From: Armatimonadota bacterium
Lineage (GTDB): Bacteria; Sysuimicrobiota; Sysuimicrobiia; Sysuimicrobiales; Humicultoraceae
Direction: 5' to 3'
Assembly: GCA_037443365.1 (NCBI GenBank)
Contig: JBBIOM010000016.1
Span: forward strand, 1-47,641
Length of the DNA: 47,641 bases
Part shown: piece by piece, positions 1-11,800 of the stretch
Layout: every line of letters starts with the position of its first letter
Numbering within the stretch: the first letter of the stretch is position 1
Program-made: the position numbers and the translations under genes
The notes under the pieces: model-generated
Told to the model about the DNA's origin: nothing
The model's database searches: none
The model's input: only the letters and a program-made list of their open reading frames with translations

Positions 1-2
1 TT

Positions 3-353
3 GCCGCGGTGACCCTGCAGGCCTCGCCGGCGCAGATGGGCGCGCTCTCGGCTGTGGTAACCGCGCCGCTGCTCGCGGGCCTGGGGTTCGTCCCGGTGGC
101 GTTGGCCACCCCGGCGCTGGCGATCCCGCTGCTGACACCGCACAGGCTCCAGGGCCGCATGAACGCGACCATGCGGTTCCTGGTCTGGGGGACAATGCCG
201 CTGGGCGCCCTGGCCGGCGGCGCCCTGGGTCAGGTCCTGGGCCTGCGCGCGACGATCGCGGTGGCCGCAGTGGGCGCGGCCCTGGCATCCTTGTGGGTGT
301 GGCGCTCGCCTGTGCGGGCGCTGGAGGGGATTCCGGAGAGGGCCGAGGGCTGA
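3..353 (+). pseudogene. Relic of an MFS (MFS_3/DHA3-like) transporter; 5' end is outside the window and it appears internally deleted
   Basis: C-terminal motif TPHRLQGRMNATMRFLVWGTMPLGALAGG is typical of this family, but it lies only about 35 aa after the N-terminal-type motif LQASPAQMG. Confidence 0.6.
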
Positions 354-2590
<2,237 letters not shown>

Positions 2591-2636
2591 CACGCCTAGA
2601 CCGCAATGTGCCCGGCAGCAACCTGCACGGGGCGGG

Positions 2637-3578
2637 CTACTTCATTGACTGGGGCCAGCGGACCAGCCCTACCCCGGTGATCGTGACCGCGGCGCCGAGG
2701 AGGTGGCGCAGTCCGAACGGCTCGCGCAGCACCGCCACGGCGAGCCACACTCCCAGGACCGGGATTATATAGGAGTAAGCCGCGACCCGGGTCGGACCTA
2801 TGCGGCGGATGCCCTCGTACCAGAACAGGTAGCCGAGCGCGCCGGCGCCCAGGGCCGCGTACGCGAGCTGTGCCCAGCCGGCCGGCGAGAGCGCCCACGA
2901 CTGCCGCGCCAGGTCAGGCAGTCCTATCAGAACGAGCAGTAGCGTGCCGAACGCCATAGAAGCCGCCATGACCGGCAGGGTACTGTACCTCCGGTACAGC
3001 GGCAGCACGGTGACCGGCGTCACCGCGTAGGAGGCGGCGGCCAACAGCGTCAAGATGTCGCCCGCGAGGTGCCCCGCCGACAGCCCGCCCCCGGCACCGA
3101 GGAGGACGCCAGCCCCGCCCAGCGCCAAGAGCACCCCCAGGGCCTGCTGGCGCGTGATCCGGTCGGCCCGCGTCGCCGCCACCAGGAGCAGCGTCATGAC
3201 AGGAGCCGTGTTGATGAGCAGGACGGAGTTGCTCGCCGTCGTCAGGCCCAGCCCGATGCCAAAGAAGGCCTGGTAGAGCGTGACGTTGCACAATCCTAGC
3301 CCGGCGATGCGCGGCAGGTCGCCACGCGCGAACGACAGCCGCTCCCCCCGCAGAGCGGTTATCGCCAGCAGCCCAAACGAAGCGATCACGAAGCGCGTCG
3401 CGGCGAACGAGAGGGGCGTGAACTCGGCGTAGGCCGACTTGATGACGACGAACGACGCCCCCCACAGCACCGCCGTCGCGAGCACCAGCAGGTCGCCCGC
3501 CCCAAGGGCCCTGCGCCCTTCGGCCGCAGTAGAGTCCGGCGCGGCCGGTTGGGCGCTCGCGGCGGACGCTCTACTCAC
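2637..3578 (-). CDS. DMT/EamA family transporter
   Basis: LWGASF, about 10 hydrophobic segments, duplicated EamA pattern, LREP near the C-terminus. Confidence 0.85.
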   Translation of the reverse strand: MSRASAASAQPAAPDSTAAEGRRALGAGDLLVLATAVLWGASFVVIKSAYAEFTPLSFAATRFVIASFGLLAITALRGERLSFARGDLPRIAGLGLCNVTLYQAFFGIGLGLTTASNSVLLINTAPVMTLLLVAATRADRITRQQALGVLLALGGAGVLLGAGGGLSAGHLAGDILTLLAAASYAVTPVTVLPLYRRYSTLPVMAASMAFGTLLLVLIGLPDLARQSWALSPAGWAQLAYAALGAGALGYLFWYEGIRRIGPTRVAAYSYIIPVLGVWLAVAVLREPFGLRHLLGAAVTITGVGLVRWPQSMK

Positions 3579-4386
3579 GCCGTGGCTTGAGAAAGTCGAA
3601 CTTCCCGGCCCGCGCCGCGCCGAGGTAGCGCTGGCAGAACTCGTCCTGGCCGAGCAGCATCTGTGCCGTGGCCAGATTGGCCATCAGGCGCCGGTCGAGC
3701 GGGTCGAGGATGAACGCGTCCATGCCGTGCGCCAGGCAGAGGACCAGGAACACCTGGTTGATCTGGGCGCGGTGGGGCAGGCCGAACGAGACGTTGCTCA
3801 GGCCGCAGACCGTGCGGACCTCGGGGAAGCGCGCCTTGATGAGGTCCTGCGCCTTCAGGAACTCCCTTACGCAGCCGCTGTCCGTGGCCACCGGGAAGAC
3901 CAGCGGGTCCACGTAGATGTCCTCGGGCGGGATCCCGACACCTGTCAGCCCTTCCACCAGCCGCGTGGCCAGCGCCAGCTTGGCCTCCGCCGTGGTGGGG
4001 ATCCCCTGGTCGTCCATGCACAGGGCCACGATCTCGGGCCGGAACTCCCGCACGACCGGCAGGAACCCGGTCCAGCGCTCGTGCTCCAGGCTGATCGAGT
4101 CCAGCATGGCCTTGCCCTTGTGCGCCTCCAGCCCGCGGCGCAGCGCCACCGGATTCGGGCTGTCCACGCTGATGCGCGCGCCGGTCGCCTCCTGGATCGT
4201 CCGGATGGCCCAGACCAGGCAGGAGACCTCGTCCTCCAGCAGCGTGGCGCAGTTGACGTCCACCAGGTGCGCGCCGGCATCGGTCTGCCGGCGCGCCAGG
4301 TCAACTATGGAGCCGGCGTCCCGCGCCTCCAGCAGCGGATGAATCTGCTTGCGCGTCGAGTTGATGAGTTCGCCGATGATCAGCAT
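3571..4386 (-). CDS. Methyltetrahydrofolate:corrinoid methyltransferase (pterin-binding, AcsE-like)
   Basis: MLIIGELINSTRK, LVDVN, ISVDS, YVDPLV, CGLSNVSFGLP, DAFILDP. Confidence 0.87.
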   Translation of the reverse strand: MLIIGELINSTRKQIHPLLEARDAGSIVDLARRQTDAGAHLVDVNCATLLEDEVSCLVWAIRTIQEATGARISVDSPNPVALRRGLEAHKGKAMLDSISLEHERWTGFLPVVREFRPEIVALCMDDQGIPTTAEAKLALATRLVEGLTGVGIPPEDIYVDPLVFPVATDSGCVREFLKAQDLIKARFPEVRTVCGLSNVSFGLPHRAQINQVFLVLCLAHGMDAFILDPLDRRLMANLATAQMLLGQDEFCQRYLGAARAGKFDFLKPRRE

Positions 4387-5327
4387 GGTCGCCCTCCGCG
4401 ATGCTCGGAGCGGGTCACGCACCACTCGCGGACCGCTGCCGCGATCTGCCGTATGTGAGCGGGAGTGCTCCCGCAGCAGGCGCCCACGATGCTGGCGCCC
4501 GCCTCGAGGATCGCGGGATACCCGGCGGCCATCTCGTCGGGCGGCATATCGTAGACCGTGCGGCCGTCCACCAATCTAGGCAGCCCGGCGTTGGGATACG
4601 CGGCCAGCGGGAGCGGCGTTGCCGCGCGCATCTCGCGGATGATGATCGCGGCGCGAGCAGGCCCGCCCTCGCCGCAGTTGGAGCCGACGATGTCGGCGCC
4701 GGCGTCGGTCAGGAACCGGGCCGCCTCCGCGGGAGAAGAGCCCCACAGCGTCCGGTCGATCCCCCGCGCCGCGATGTGCTTGAAGAACATCGTGCACATC
4801 ACGGGCAGGTCGGTGGCCTCCCGGGCCGCGCGGATCGCGATCAGCGCCTCTTCGGGCAGCATCATCGTCTCGATCGCCAGCAGGTCGGCGCCGGCCTCGG
4901 CCAGCGCCGAGGCCTGCTCGGCGAAGGCGGCGCGGAACTCCTCAAGCGGGACGCTGCCGATGCCCTCGACCGAGTCCGGGATCTGCCCGGTGGGGCCGAT
5001 CGAGCCGGCCACGTACTTGCCCGGAGGGCAGACCGACCGGGCTATCTCGACGCCCAGGCGGTTGAGCTCGCGCGCGCGGTCGCCCAGGCCGTGGGCCGCC
5101 AGCTTGAGGCGCGTGCCGCCGAAGGTGTTGGTCTCTACTATGTCGGCGCCGGCCTCCAGGTACGCCCGGTGGATCTCCCGGACCGCATCGGGCCGCGTCG
5201 CGTTCCAGAGTTCTGGACAGACGCCATCCTCTAGCCCGGCCTCGAACAGCATCGTGCCCATTGCGCCGTCGAGCACCAGCGCTCCTGTGCGCAGGCGTGC
5301 GAGCAGATCAGATCTCCTGGATGCCAT
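4380..5327 (-). CDS. Homocysteine S-methyltransferase family protein (MetH N-terminal-like)
   Basis: LDGAMGT, ETNTFG, GSIGPTG, Zn ligands GSNC and GACCG, YPNAGLP. Confidence 0.88.
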   Translation of the reverse strand: MASRRSDLLARLRTGALVLDGAMGTMLFEAGLEDGVCPELWNATRPDAVREIHRAYLEAGADIVETNTFGGTRLKLAAHGLGDRARELNRLGVEIARSVCPPGKYVAGSIGPTGQIPDSVEGIGSVPLEEFRAAFAEQASALAEAGADLLAIETMMLPEEALIAIRAAREATDLPVMCTMFFKHIAARGIDRTLWGSSPAEAARFLTDAGADIVGSNCGEGGPARAAIIIREMRAATPLPLAAYPNAGLPRLVDGRTVYDMPPDEMAAGYPAILEAGASIVGACCGSTPAHIRQIAAAVREWCVTRSEHRGGRPC

Positions 5328-5357
5328 AAGCACTGGTCACTCCCATTCAATCGCGCC

Positions 5358-7214
5358 CTACCCGGGTTCTCCCGGAAGTGGAAACTGGAGAGCGTCGAGG
5401 AACGCCTCCTGGAAATCGGGGTGCGCGGCCAGCGAGACATGCTGGATCCTGGCCGCCAGGTCGTCGGCCCGCCGGCGCTCTGTCTCAGAGACCAGCGCCA
5501 TCTGCGCACCCAGGCCCGCGGCGTTGCCGACGTAGCTGATCCTGTCACGCGGCAGGGCCGGGATCAGGCCGATGCGCACGGCGCTTCGCACGTTGAGGTA
5601 GTTCCCGAACCCGCCCGCCAGCATCAGGGCGGACAGGTCCTGCTCGGGCGTTCCACCTATCCGCCCCAGCAGGGTGATTCCGCTGCGGATCGCGGCCTTG
5701 GCGAGCTGCACCTGGCGTATGTCGGTCTGCGTCAGCACGATCTCCTGGCCTCCGGCGGTCTCGCCGCCCCAGGCCAGGACGAACGCCGGCTCGCCTCCTG
5801 CGGAGGTGACGATTCGCCTCCGTAGCGTATCCGGGGCCGCATCCGTCGCATCGGGACGCAGACGCCCCGCCGCGTCCAGGAGCCCAGCGTCGAGCAGACG
5901 AGCGACCGCGTCGAGCACGCCTGATCCGCAGATACCCAGCGGCGCGCCTCCGCCGATCACGTGGTAGGTGACGTCGCGGTCTATCTGGACCTGGTCTATG
6001 GCGCCGCGCGCCCCGCGCATCCCGCACTGGAGCTGCCCGCCCTCCAGAGCCGGGCCGGCGGGCGCCGAGCACGCGAAGATGCCCCTGGGCGATCCCAGGA
6101 TTACCTCGCCGTTAGTGCCGATATCGGCGGCGATCTGGGGTCTTGCAGCGGCGTCGAGGCGCAGGGACAGGGCTGCGCCGACCGCGTCCGCGCCCACGAA
6201 CCCGGCGACGAGGGGCAGCAGGAACACAGGTGCCTGCGCCCCCAGCCGCAGGCCGGCCTCGCGCGCCGTCAGGCGCAGGCTGCGGCGCACGCAGGGTGCA
6301 AAGGGCGCCTGCCCCACGCGCGTGGGGTCAATGCCCAGGAACAGGTGGTGCATGACGGTGTTTCCCACTACTGCGACCTTGTAGATGTGGTCAGGGTGGA
6401 CGCCCGCAGCAGCGCCCAGCTCCTCGAGCTGCGCGTTGAGGAGCGCCGTGATCCGCGTCTGGAGCATCCGTACATTCGACGGGCGCTCCCCGGCGAACGC
6501 TATGCGCGACATCAGGTCGGCCCCGAACGCGGACTGGGGATTCAGGTTGGAAGCGGTTGCGACAACCGCCCCCCCGAGCAGGTCCACCAGGTATCCCACG
6601 ACCGTTGTGGTTCCGATATCAAACGCGACCCCGTAGGCCGACTGCCGCGTGTCACCGGGCTCGACCGCCACGAGGCTGCCGTCGAACAGGGCCGCGGTGA
6701 CGCCCCCAGGTGAGCGCAGCGCCGATGAAAGGCCGCGTAGCGCGTGCGCCGGTACCTCGGTGACCGCATCCGGAAGCGCGGACAGCAGTTCCTCCAGGTC
6801 CGAGGAGGCACCTGGCCGCTCGGCGGCGGGCCGCGGGCAGGCGAAGACTTTCTCCACGCCCGAATCGAGCAGGAAGCCCGCAGCCGTGAGCACGACTCGC
6901 GTATCCGACAGGATCTGAAATGCCGCCTCTTCCAGGGGCGGAGCGACCAGGACCGCTAGCGCCTCGCCCACCTCGGCCTGGCAGGCCAGGCGGAAGCCCT
7001 CGCGCACCTCGGCCTCACCGAGCTGGACGCGGTCGGCCAGCGTGGCCGGCGGCGCCGCGCCCGAGATGATCTGCACGCGGCAGCTCCGGCACCGCCCCCG
7101 CGCGCCGCACGTGGCGGCGATCTCCACTCCTGCCTGCCGCGCGGCCGCCAGGATCGTTTCACCCCGCGCCACCTCGACCCTGCGGCCGTTTGGCTCGAAC
7201 CTGACCGCGATCAT
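5358..7214 (-). CDS. RACo/ASKHA ATP-dependent corrinoid reductive activator with an N-terminal 2Fe-2S domain
   Basis: CGARGRCRSC...RLACQ ferredoxin domain, DIGTTT, FGADLMSRI, DIGTNGE, APAGPALEG, GICGSG, LAGGFG, GNAA. Confidence 0.9.
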   Translation of the reverse strand: MIAVRFEPNGRRVEVARGETILAAARQAGVEIAATCGARGRCRSCRVQIISGAAPPATLADRVQLGEAEVREGFRLACQAEVGEALAVLVAPPLEEAAFQILSDTRVVLTAAGFLLDSGVEKVFACPRPAAERPGASSDLEELLSALPDAVTEVPAHALRGLSSALRSPGGVTAALFDGSLVAVEPGDTRQSAYGVAFDIGTTTVVGYLVDLLGGAVVATASNLNPQSAFGADLMSRIAFAGERPSNVRMLQTRITALLNAQLEELGAAAGVHPDHIYKVAVVGNTVMHHLFLGIDPTRVGQAPFAPCVRRSLRLTAREAGLRLGAQAPVFLLPLVAGFVGADAVGAALSLRLDAAARPQIAADIGTNGEVILGSPRGIFACSAPAGPALEGGQLQCGMRGARGAIDQVQIDRDVTYHVIGGGAPLGICGSGVLDAVARLLDAGLLDAAGRLRPDATDAAPDTLRRRIVTSAGGEPAFVLAWGGETAGGQEIVLTQTDIRQVQLAKAAIRSGITLLGRIGGTPEQDLSALMLAGGFGNYLNVRSAVRIGLIPALPRDRISYVGNAAGLGAQMALVSETERRRADDLAARIQHVSLAAHPDFQEAFLDALQFPLPGEPG

Positions 7215-7834
7215 CGCGTTCCCCCAGGGATCAGGCCGTAGAGCCCTGTGACGGACTTCAAGGGTACCAATACGGCGGCCTCGGTCAGCCGCACGGTCAC
7301 CCCGGCGCCTTCGAACAGCGCGAACAGGCCCCGCTGCTGCTCCAGGCCCCAGTCGCCGAATCCCGGTGCCATGCGCGCGCCAAGCCCGAGACCCTGCTCC
7401 TGGGCCTCTGCTGCCAGGCGCCGGCGGAGATCGGCGAGGCAGGCGTCAATCGCGACCCACCCTGCCGAGTCCAGCAGCAACCCCTCCACGAGATGCCCAT
7501 CGCGCAGCATCTCCTGCGCGCGGTGCTCCAGGTCCGGCCCGACGGTGAGGAGCACCGCCACGACTGACTCCGCGGTTGCGAGCCGCCGGGCCAGCGCCCG
7601 GCTGCAGAAAGCGGGGCCGCCATGCAGGCGCACCGCGCCGTCGGGAGTGACGCCGTCGAGCCGCCCGACCCAGCGCCACGCCCGGGGCGCCACGAGCGTC
7701 TCGGCCAGCGCGGCCATCTGCCCCGCGGCTTCCACAACGATCGGCGCTACCGCATCGAGGCGCCTGTACCCCTGCAGCCGCAGGATCAGCCGTGCCTCCA
7801 CGCGGGGCCGTGCCAGGTTGATCTCCCCGACCAT
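7211..7834 (-). CDS. Stand-alone B12-dependent methionine synthase activation-domain-like protein
   Basis: TVGPDLE, LLDSAG, RMAPGFGDW-LEQQ, LVPLKSVTG; RBS GGAAGG before ATG 7834. Confidence 0.75.
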   Translation of the reverse strand: MVGEINLARPRVEARLILRLQGYRRLDAVAPIVVEAAGQMAALAETLVAPRAWRWVGRLDGVTPDGAVRLHGGPAFCSRALARRLATAESVVAVLLTVGPDLEHRAQEMLRDGHLVEGLLLDSAGWVAIDACLADLRRRLAAEAQEQGLGLGARMAPGFGDWGLEQQRGLFALFEGAGVTVRLTEAAVLVPLKSVTGLYGLIPGGTR

Positions 7835-8013
7835 CCGGTGGCCCTTCCATGAATCGCGGCAAAGCAGCGGTTCCCTCCTGCGGTTCGACCCACTGCCGCG
7901 TTCTCCTACCCGATGTGTACCCCCCGCGCCCTGGCAGGCCGCGGCCTCTGCGTGGTCGAAGTAGAGCGAAGGATCGTCAGACCGGCACGCCACAGCGAGA
8001 AAGGGGCGGATCA

Positions 8014-8478
8014 ATGGAGGGCAACAAGAAGCTGCTGGAAGCGCTCAACCGGCTCCTCGCGGACGAGCTGACCGCCATCAGCCAGTACATGGTGCACTCG
8101 GAGATGTGCGCGAACTGGGGCTACGAGAAGCTCCACAAGGCCATCGAGGCCCGGGCGGTGGACGAGATGCACCACGCCGAGTGGCTCATCCAGCGCGTCC
8201 TGTTCCTGGACGGCACGCCGATCGTCTCGAAGCTCAATCCCATGAGGATCGGCTCGACCGTTCCCGAGATGATCAAGTTCGACCAGGAGGCCGAGCTCGA
8301 CGCCATCGGCGCCTACAACAAGGCCATCGCGCTCGCGCACGAGGTGAACGATCAGGCCAGCGTGGACCTGATGATCCGCATCCTCAAGATGGAAGAGGAC
8401 CACGAGGACTGGGCCGAGGTGCAGAACACCCAGATCGAGCAGATGGGCCTGGCGAACTACCTCACGAACCAGGTATAG
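8014..8478 (+). CDS. bfr: Bacterioferritin
   Basis: DELTAISQY, DEMHHAE (heme Met), ELDAI, EEDH, LANYL. Confidence 0.92.
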   Translation: MEGNKKLLEALNRLLADELTAISQYMVHSEMCANWGYEKLHKAIEARAVDEMHHAEWLIQRVLFLDGTPIVSKLNPMRIGSTVPEMIKFDQEAELDAIGAYNKAIALAHEVNDQASVDLMIRILKMEEDHEDWAEVQNTQIEQMGLANYLTNQV

Positions 8479-8497
8479 GCGCCGGGGACCCAGGCCC

Positions 8498-9130
8498 GTG
8501 CGGGCAGGCGTACGCGCGCAATCGCTGGGCGAGGAGATCGCCAACAGCATAAGCCACGGCCTCGGCGCCCTGGCCGCGGCCGTCGCCTCTCCTTTTCTGA
8601 TCGCCTCGGCCGTCCGGTACGGGGATTGCGCCAGGGTGGTGGGCGCCAGCGTGTTCGCGGCCACCACCCTTGTGCTCTACACGACCTCAACGCTGTACCA
8701 CTCGCTGACCATGGGCAGGGCCAAGCGCGTGTTCCAGATACTGGATCACTGCGCGGTCTTTCTCCTGATCGCCGGCACCTACACGCCCTTCACGCTGGGC
8801 GTCCTGCGGGGCGCCTGGGGCTGGACGCTGCTCGGGATAGTCTGGAGCGTGGCGATCGCCGGCATCGTGTTCAAGGCGGCATGGGGGGTAAGATACCCGG
8901 TCCTATCCACGCTGATGTACCTGGGCATGGGGTGGCTGGTCGTCGTCGCGGCGAAGCCCCTGGTGCAGAGCATGCCGATGCCCGGGCTGCTCTGGCTCGT
9001 CGCAGGTGGGCTGGCCTACACCGTGGGTGTAGGGTTCTACGCGGCGCAGCGCGTGCGCTACGCCCACTTCATATGGCACCTGTTCGTCCTGGCAGGGACG
9101 GCCTGTCACTTCGTCGCCGTGTTTGGATGA
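8498..9130 (+). CDS. Hemolysin III / PAQR family membrane protein
   Basis: EEIANSISHG, STLYH, LDHCAVFLLIAGTYTPF, HFIWHLFVL. Confidence 0.9.
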   Translation: MRAGVRAQSLGEEIANSISHGLGALAAAVASPFLIASAVRYGDCARVVGASVFAATTLVLYTTSTLYHSLTMGRAKRVFQILDHCAVFLLIAGTYTPFTLGVLRGAWGWTLLGIVWSVAIAGIVFKAAWGVRYPVLSTLMYLGMGWLVVVAAKPLVQSMPMPGLLWLVAGGLAYTVGVGFYAAQRVRYAHFIWHLFVLAGTACHFVAVFG

Positions 9131-9600
9131 GGCGCAGGGAGAGGGAGATACAGAGCCGAGGCCTGATCGCCGAGATCATGGCCCGGGCCCAGGTCTGCAG
9201 ATTGGGGCTGTGCCGGGACAACTTACCCTACGTCGTGCCCGTCTCCTTCGGCTATGACGGTGAGTACATCTACTTCCACACGGCCACGGAGGGCATGAAG
9301 CTCGACTACCTGGCCGCCAACAACAGGGTCTGCTTCGAGATGGAGCACGACGTGTCGGTGGTCGCGGATCCCGATGCCGCCTGCCAGTGGTCTTTCTCCT
9401 TCTACAGCGTGATCGGGTTTGGGACGGTGGACGAGATAACCGACCCCGCGGACAAGGTCCGGGCCCTGAACCACATAATGCGGCACTACTCGGGCAGGGA
9501 CTGGGACTTCGACGACCGCTGGCTCCAGAAAGCCCGGCTGTGGCGCATCACGATCGAGCAGGTCACGGGCAAGCGCTCAAAGGACAAGCCCGCGGGGTGA
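9127..9600 (+). CDS. Pyridoxamine 5'-phosphate oxidase / NimA-like flavin-binding protein
   Basis: MRRREREI, CRLGL, PYVVPVSFGY, YFHTATEG-K, VCFE, SVIGFG; ATGA overlap with the upstream gene. Confidence 0.85.
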   Translation: MRRREREIQSRGLIAEIMARAQVCRLGLCRDNLPYVVPVSFGYDGEYIYFHTATEGMKLDYLAANNRVCFEMEHDVSVVADPDAACQWSFSFYSVIGFGTVDEITDPADKVRALNHIMRHYSGRDWDFDDRWLQKARLWRITIEQVTGKRSKDKPAG

Positions 9601-9622
9601 GAGCGCGCCGCCTCGCGGCCGA

Positions 9623-10507
9623 TCAGAACCGTTCCATCCGCCAGCCGTCTTCGCGCAGCACCGCGGTCGCGTTGCAGCCGGCCTCGCGCAGCAGCGCCTC
9701 TGCCTCGGCGTAGAACGATGCGACGTGCTCGGGGCTGTGGGCGTCGGCCGTGACGACCAGTGGGATCTCCAGATCCCGGCACCGCCGGATGATCCACGGG
9801 CTCGGGTGCGCCTCCGCCGACGGGCTGCGCCAGCCCGCGGTGTTGACCTCCACGATCAGGCCTGCCCGCGCGCAGGATTGAAGCGTTGTCTCCACCTCGT
9901 CCCTGTACCACGCCGCGGCCTCATCGAAGTAGCGCCGGCCGTCGTTCCATCTTCTGATGTGGTCCAGGTGCGCCAGGATCGAGATGCGACCCCCGGCGCC
10001 TCCGCCCGCCGCGCCGCGGCGCGCGCCCGCCTGGCTCCAATCCGCCAGATCCCGCACCCGCGCGTAGTAGGCGCGTACCAGGGCCCGGGCGTCCCCGCCG
10101 AAGATCTCGCGCAGCCCCTTCTCGAACCCAGCCCGCGTATGGTCGAAGGCCCACGGCGCCCCGCTGGCGTCGCGCCCGATGAAGTGCACGCCGGCGATCA
10201 TGTAGTCGAGGCGGACCTGCGCTACGATCGCCCACAGGTCCGCCAGGTACTCGGGGATGTAGTCGAACTCCAGCCCGAGGTGCACGCGCAGCCGCCCTGA
10301 GTAGGCCTCCTTGAGGCGAGCGACCTCGGCGCAGTAGGCCGGCAGCTCCCCGGCGCGCATGGCGAAATCGTTGGGAAACACGAGCGGGGGATGGCTGGAG
10401 ACCCCCAGCGCCTCCAGCCCGGCCTCGAGGGCCGCCTGCGCGTACTGCGCGATCTCGCCCTCGCCGTCGCAGTAGCGGTTGTGCGTGTGGTAACTGGTCG
10501 TTAGCAC
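9623..10507 (-). CDS. PHP-family histidinol-phosphatase (HisJ/HisK-like)
   Basis: YHTHNRYCDG, SSHPP, GLEFDY, AGVHF, AHLD, EVNTAG, ADAH. Confidence 0.82.
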   Translation of the reverse strand: MLTTSYHTHNRYCDGEGEIAQYAQAALEAGLEALGVSSHPPLVFPNDFAMRAGELPAYCAEVARLKEAYSGRLRVHLGLEFDYIPEYLADLWAIVAQVRLDYMIAGVHFIGRDASGAPWAFDHTRAGFEKGLREIFGGDARALVRAYYARVRDLADWSQAGARRGAAGGGAGGRISILAHLDHIRRWNDGRRYFDEAAAWYRDEVETTLQSCARAGLIVEVNTAGWRSPSAEAHPSPWIIRRCRDLEIPLVVTADAHSPEHVASFYAEAEALLREAGCNATAVLREDGWRMERF

Positions 10508-11743
10508 CTAGCGCTGCTCCTCGGGCGGCCGGACATCGCGGAACATCCTGAAGAGGAGCAGGTCGTAGATGATCTTGAGCCCCCCTCCCAGGAAGAACGG
10601 CACACCCAGCCCCACGAGCTGCATCGCCACGCCGGCTATGACCGGTGTCGTGGCCTGCGCCAGGTTGCGCGCGATGTTGGTCACCCCGGCGGCTGCCGTT
10701 CGTTCCTCGGGATCCACGACTGCCACGACGTAGGACTGGCGCGTGGGCACGTCCATCTGCGAGAGGGCGTGCCGGGCCAGGATCAGGCCGATCGCCCACG
10801 GCAGCGACGGCGCCAGCGGGATGGCCGCCAGCAGCACGTTGGAAGGCAGGTGCGTGAACACCATGGTGTTTATCAGGCCGATGCGCTCGGCGACCCTTGC
10901 CGCGACCATGAACGAGGCGGCCTGGAGCAATCCGACGCCCAGGAAGATCGGGCCGAGTATCTCGGGACCCACGCCCCAGCGCAGGTTGAAGTAGTAGGCG
11001 ATCAGGCTCTGCACCACGAACCCGCCGCCGAACGAGTCCAGGCTGAACAGCGCGGCCAGCCGGAGCACCGTCCCGCGCGAACGGCGCAGGCCATAGCCCG
11101 ATGGGCTCGACGCCCCTGCCTCCACGCGGCTGCTCAGGCGCGCAAACAGCCACAGCGTGACGCCCGCCAGAGCGGCGTAGGTCAGGAACATCACCTTGAA
11201 GGACGTCCTCGAGTCTATCCCGAGGATCTGCTGCAGCAATACGGGCGTTCCAGCAGCCAGCGCGCCCAATGACCCGGCCAGGGCTCCGACCGTGTTGTAG
11301 ACCGAGAACAGCCGCGTTCGGCGCTCTGCCGGCGCGGTCTGCGGCAGCATGGCCTGCTCGAGCGAGAGGAAGGGGCCGACCTCGCCCGAGGTCGCGCCCA
11401 CCGTGCCGGTCAGGGACGCCAGGATGAGAACCGGGTACCAGGTGGTGAAGGCGAACGCCGCACCGCTAGAGGCCATGAAGACGGCGCTGAGCTGCAGCAT
11501 CCTGCGCCGTCCGTACCGGTCGGCCGTTGCCGCGAACAGCGCGGTGAGCGCGGCCGACCCCAGAAGCGTTGAAGTCAGCACCGCGCCCACCTGCCAGGGC
11601 GCGAATCCTGCCGTGTTCATGTACACGCCGAGCAGCACCGACTGGAAGCCGTATGCAAAGGTGCGGACCGCGCGCGCACCCAGTATGAGTTGTCCGTCGC
11701 GCGAAACCCAGGAGGAAGCAGGTGGGTCTTGGGCAGAAGTCAC
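10508..11743 (-). CDS. MFS transporter
   Basis: ADRYGRRR motif A, SGEVGPF, DSFGGGF, THLPSN, SQMDVPTRQSY; start estimated at GTG 11743. Confidence 0.85.
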   Translation of the reverse strand: MTSAQDPPASSWVSRDGQLILGARAVRTFAYGFQSVLLGVYMNTAGFAPWQVGAVLTSTLLGSAALTALFAATADRYGRRRMLQLSAVFMASSGAAFAFTTWYPVLILASLTGTVGATSGEVGPFLSLEQAMLPQTAPAERRTRLFSVYNTVGALAGSLGALAAGTPVLLQQILGIDSRTSFKVMFLTYAALAGVTLWLFARLSSRVEAGASSPSGYGLRRSRGTVLRLAALFSLDSFGGGFVVQSLIAYYFNLRWGVGPEILGPIFLGVGLLQAASFMVAARVAERIGLINTMVFTHLPSNVLLAAIPLAPSLPWAIGLILARHALSQMDVPTRQSYVVAVVDPEERTAAAGVTNIARNLAQATTPVIAGVAMQLVGLGVPFFLGGGLKIIYDLLLFRMFRDVRPPEEQR

Positions 11744-11800
11744 TATGCTAGAGTGGTTTCGGCGTCCCGTTGACGCGTCCCTACATAGAGGTGCACGGCG

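Noticed and set aside
7835..8013. Possible SAM, SAH or cobalamin riboswitch upstream of the corrinoid cluster (CGCGGCA/TGCCGCG inverted repeat)
   Set aside because: I recognised no riboswitch consensus, and the region is explained by two divergent promoter-like motifs.
9121..9135. TGA ending the hemolysin III gene as a possible selenocysteine read-through
   Set aside because: It is an ordinary ATGA stop/start overlap with the next gene, and the protein is essentially complete.
9985..10040. Gly/Ala-rich insertion in the PHP phosphatase (SQAGARRGAAGGGAGG)
   Set aside because: It is probably a neutral low-complexity loop; the metal-binding motifs are intact.
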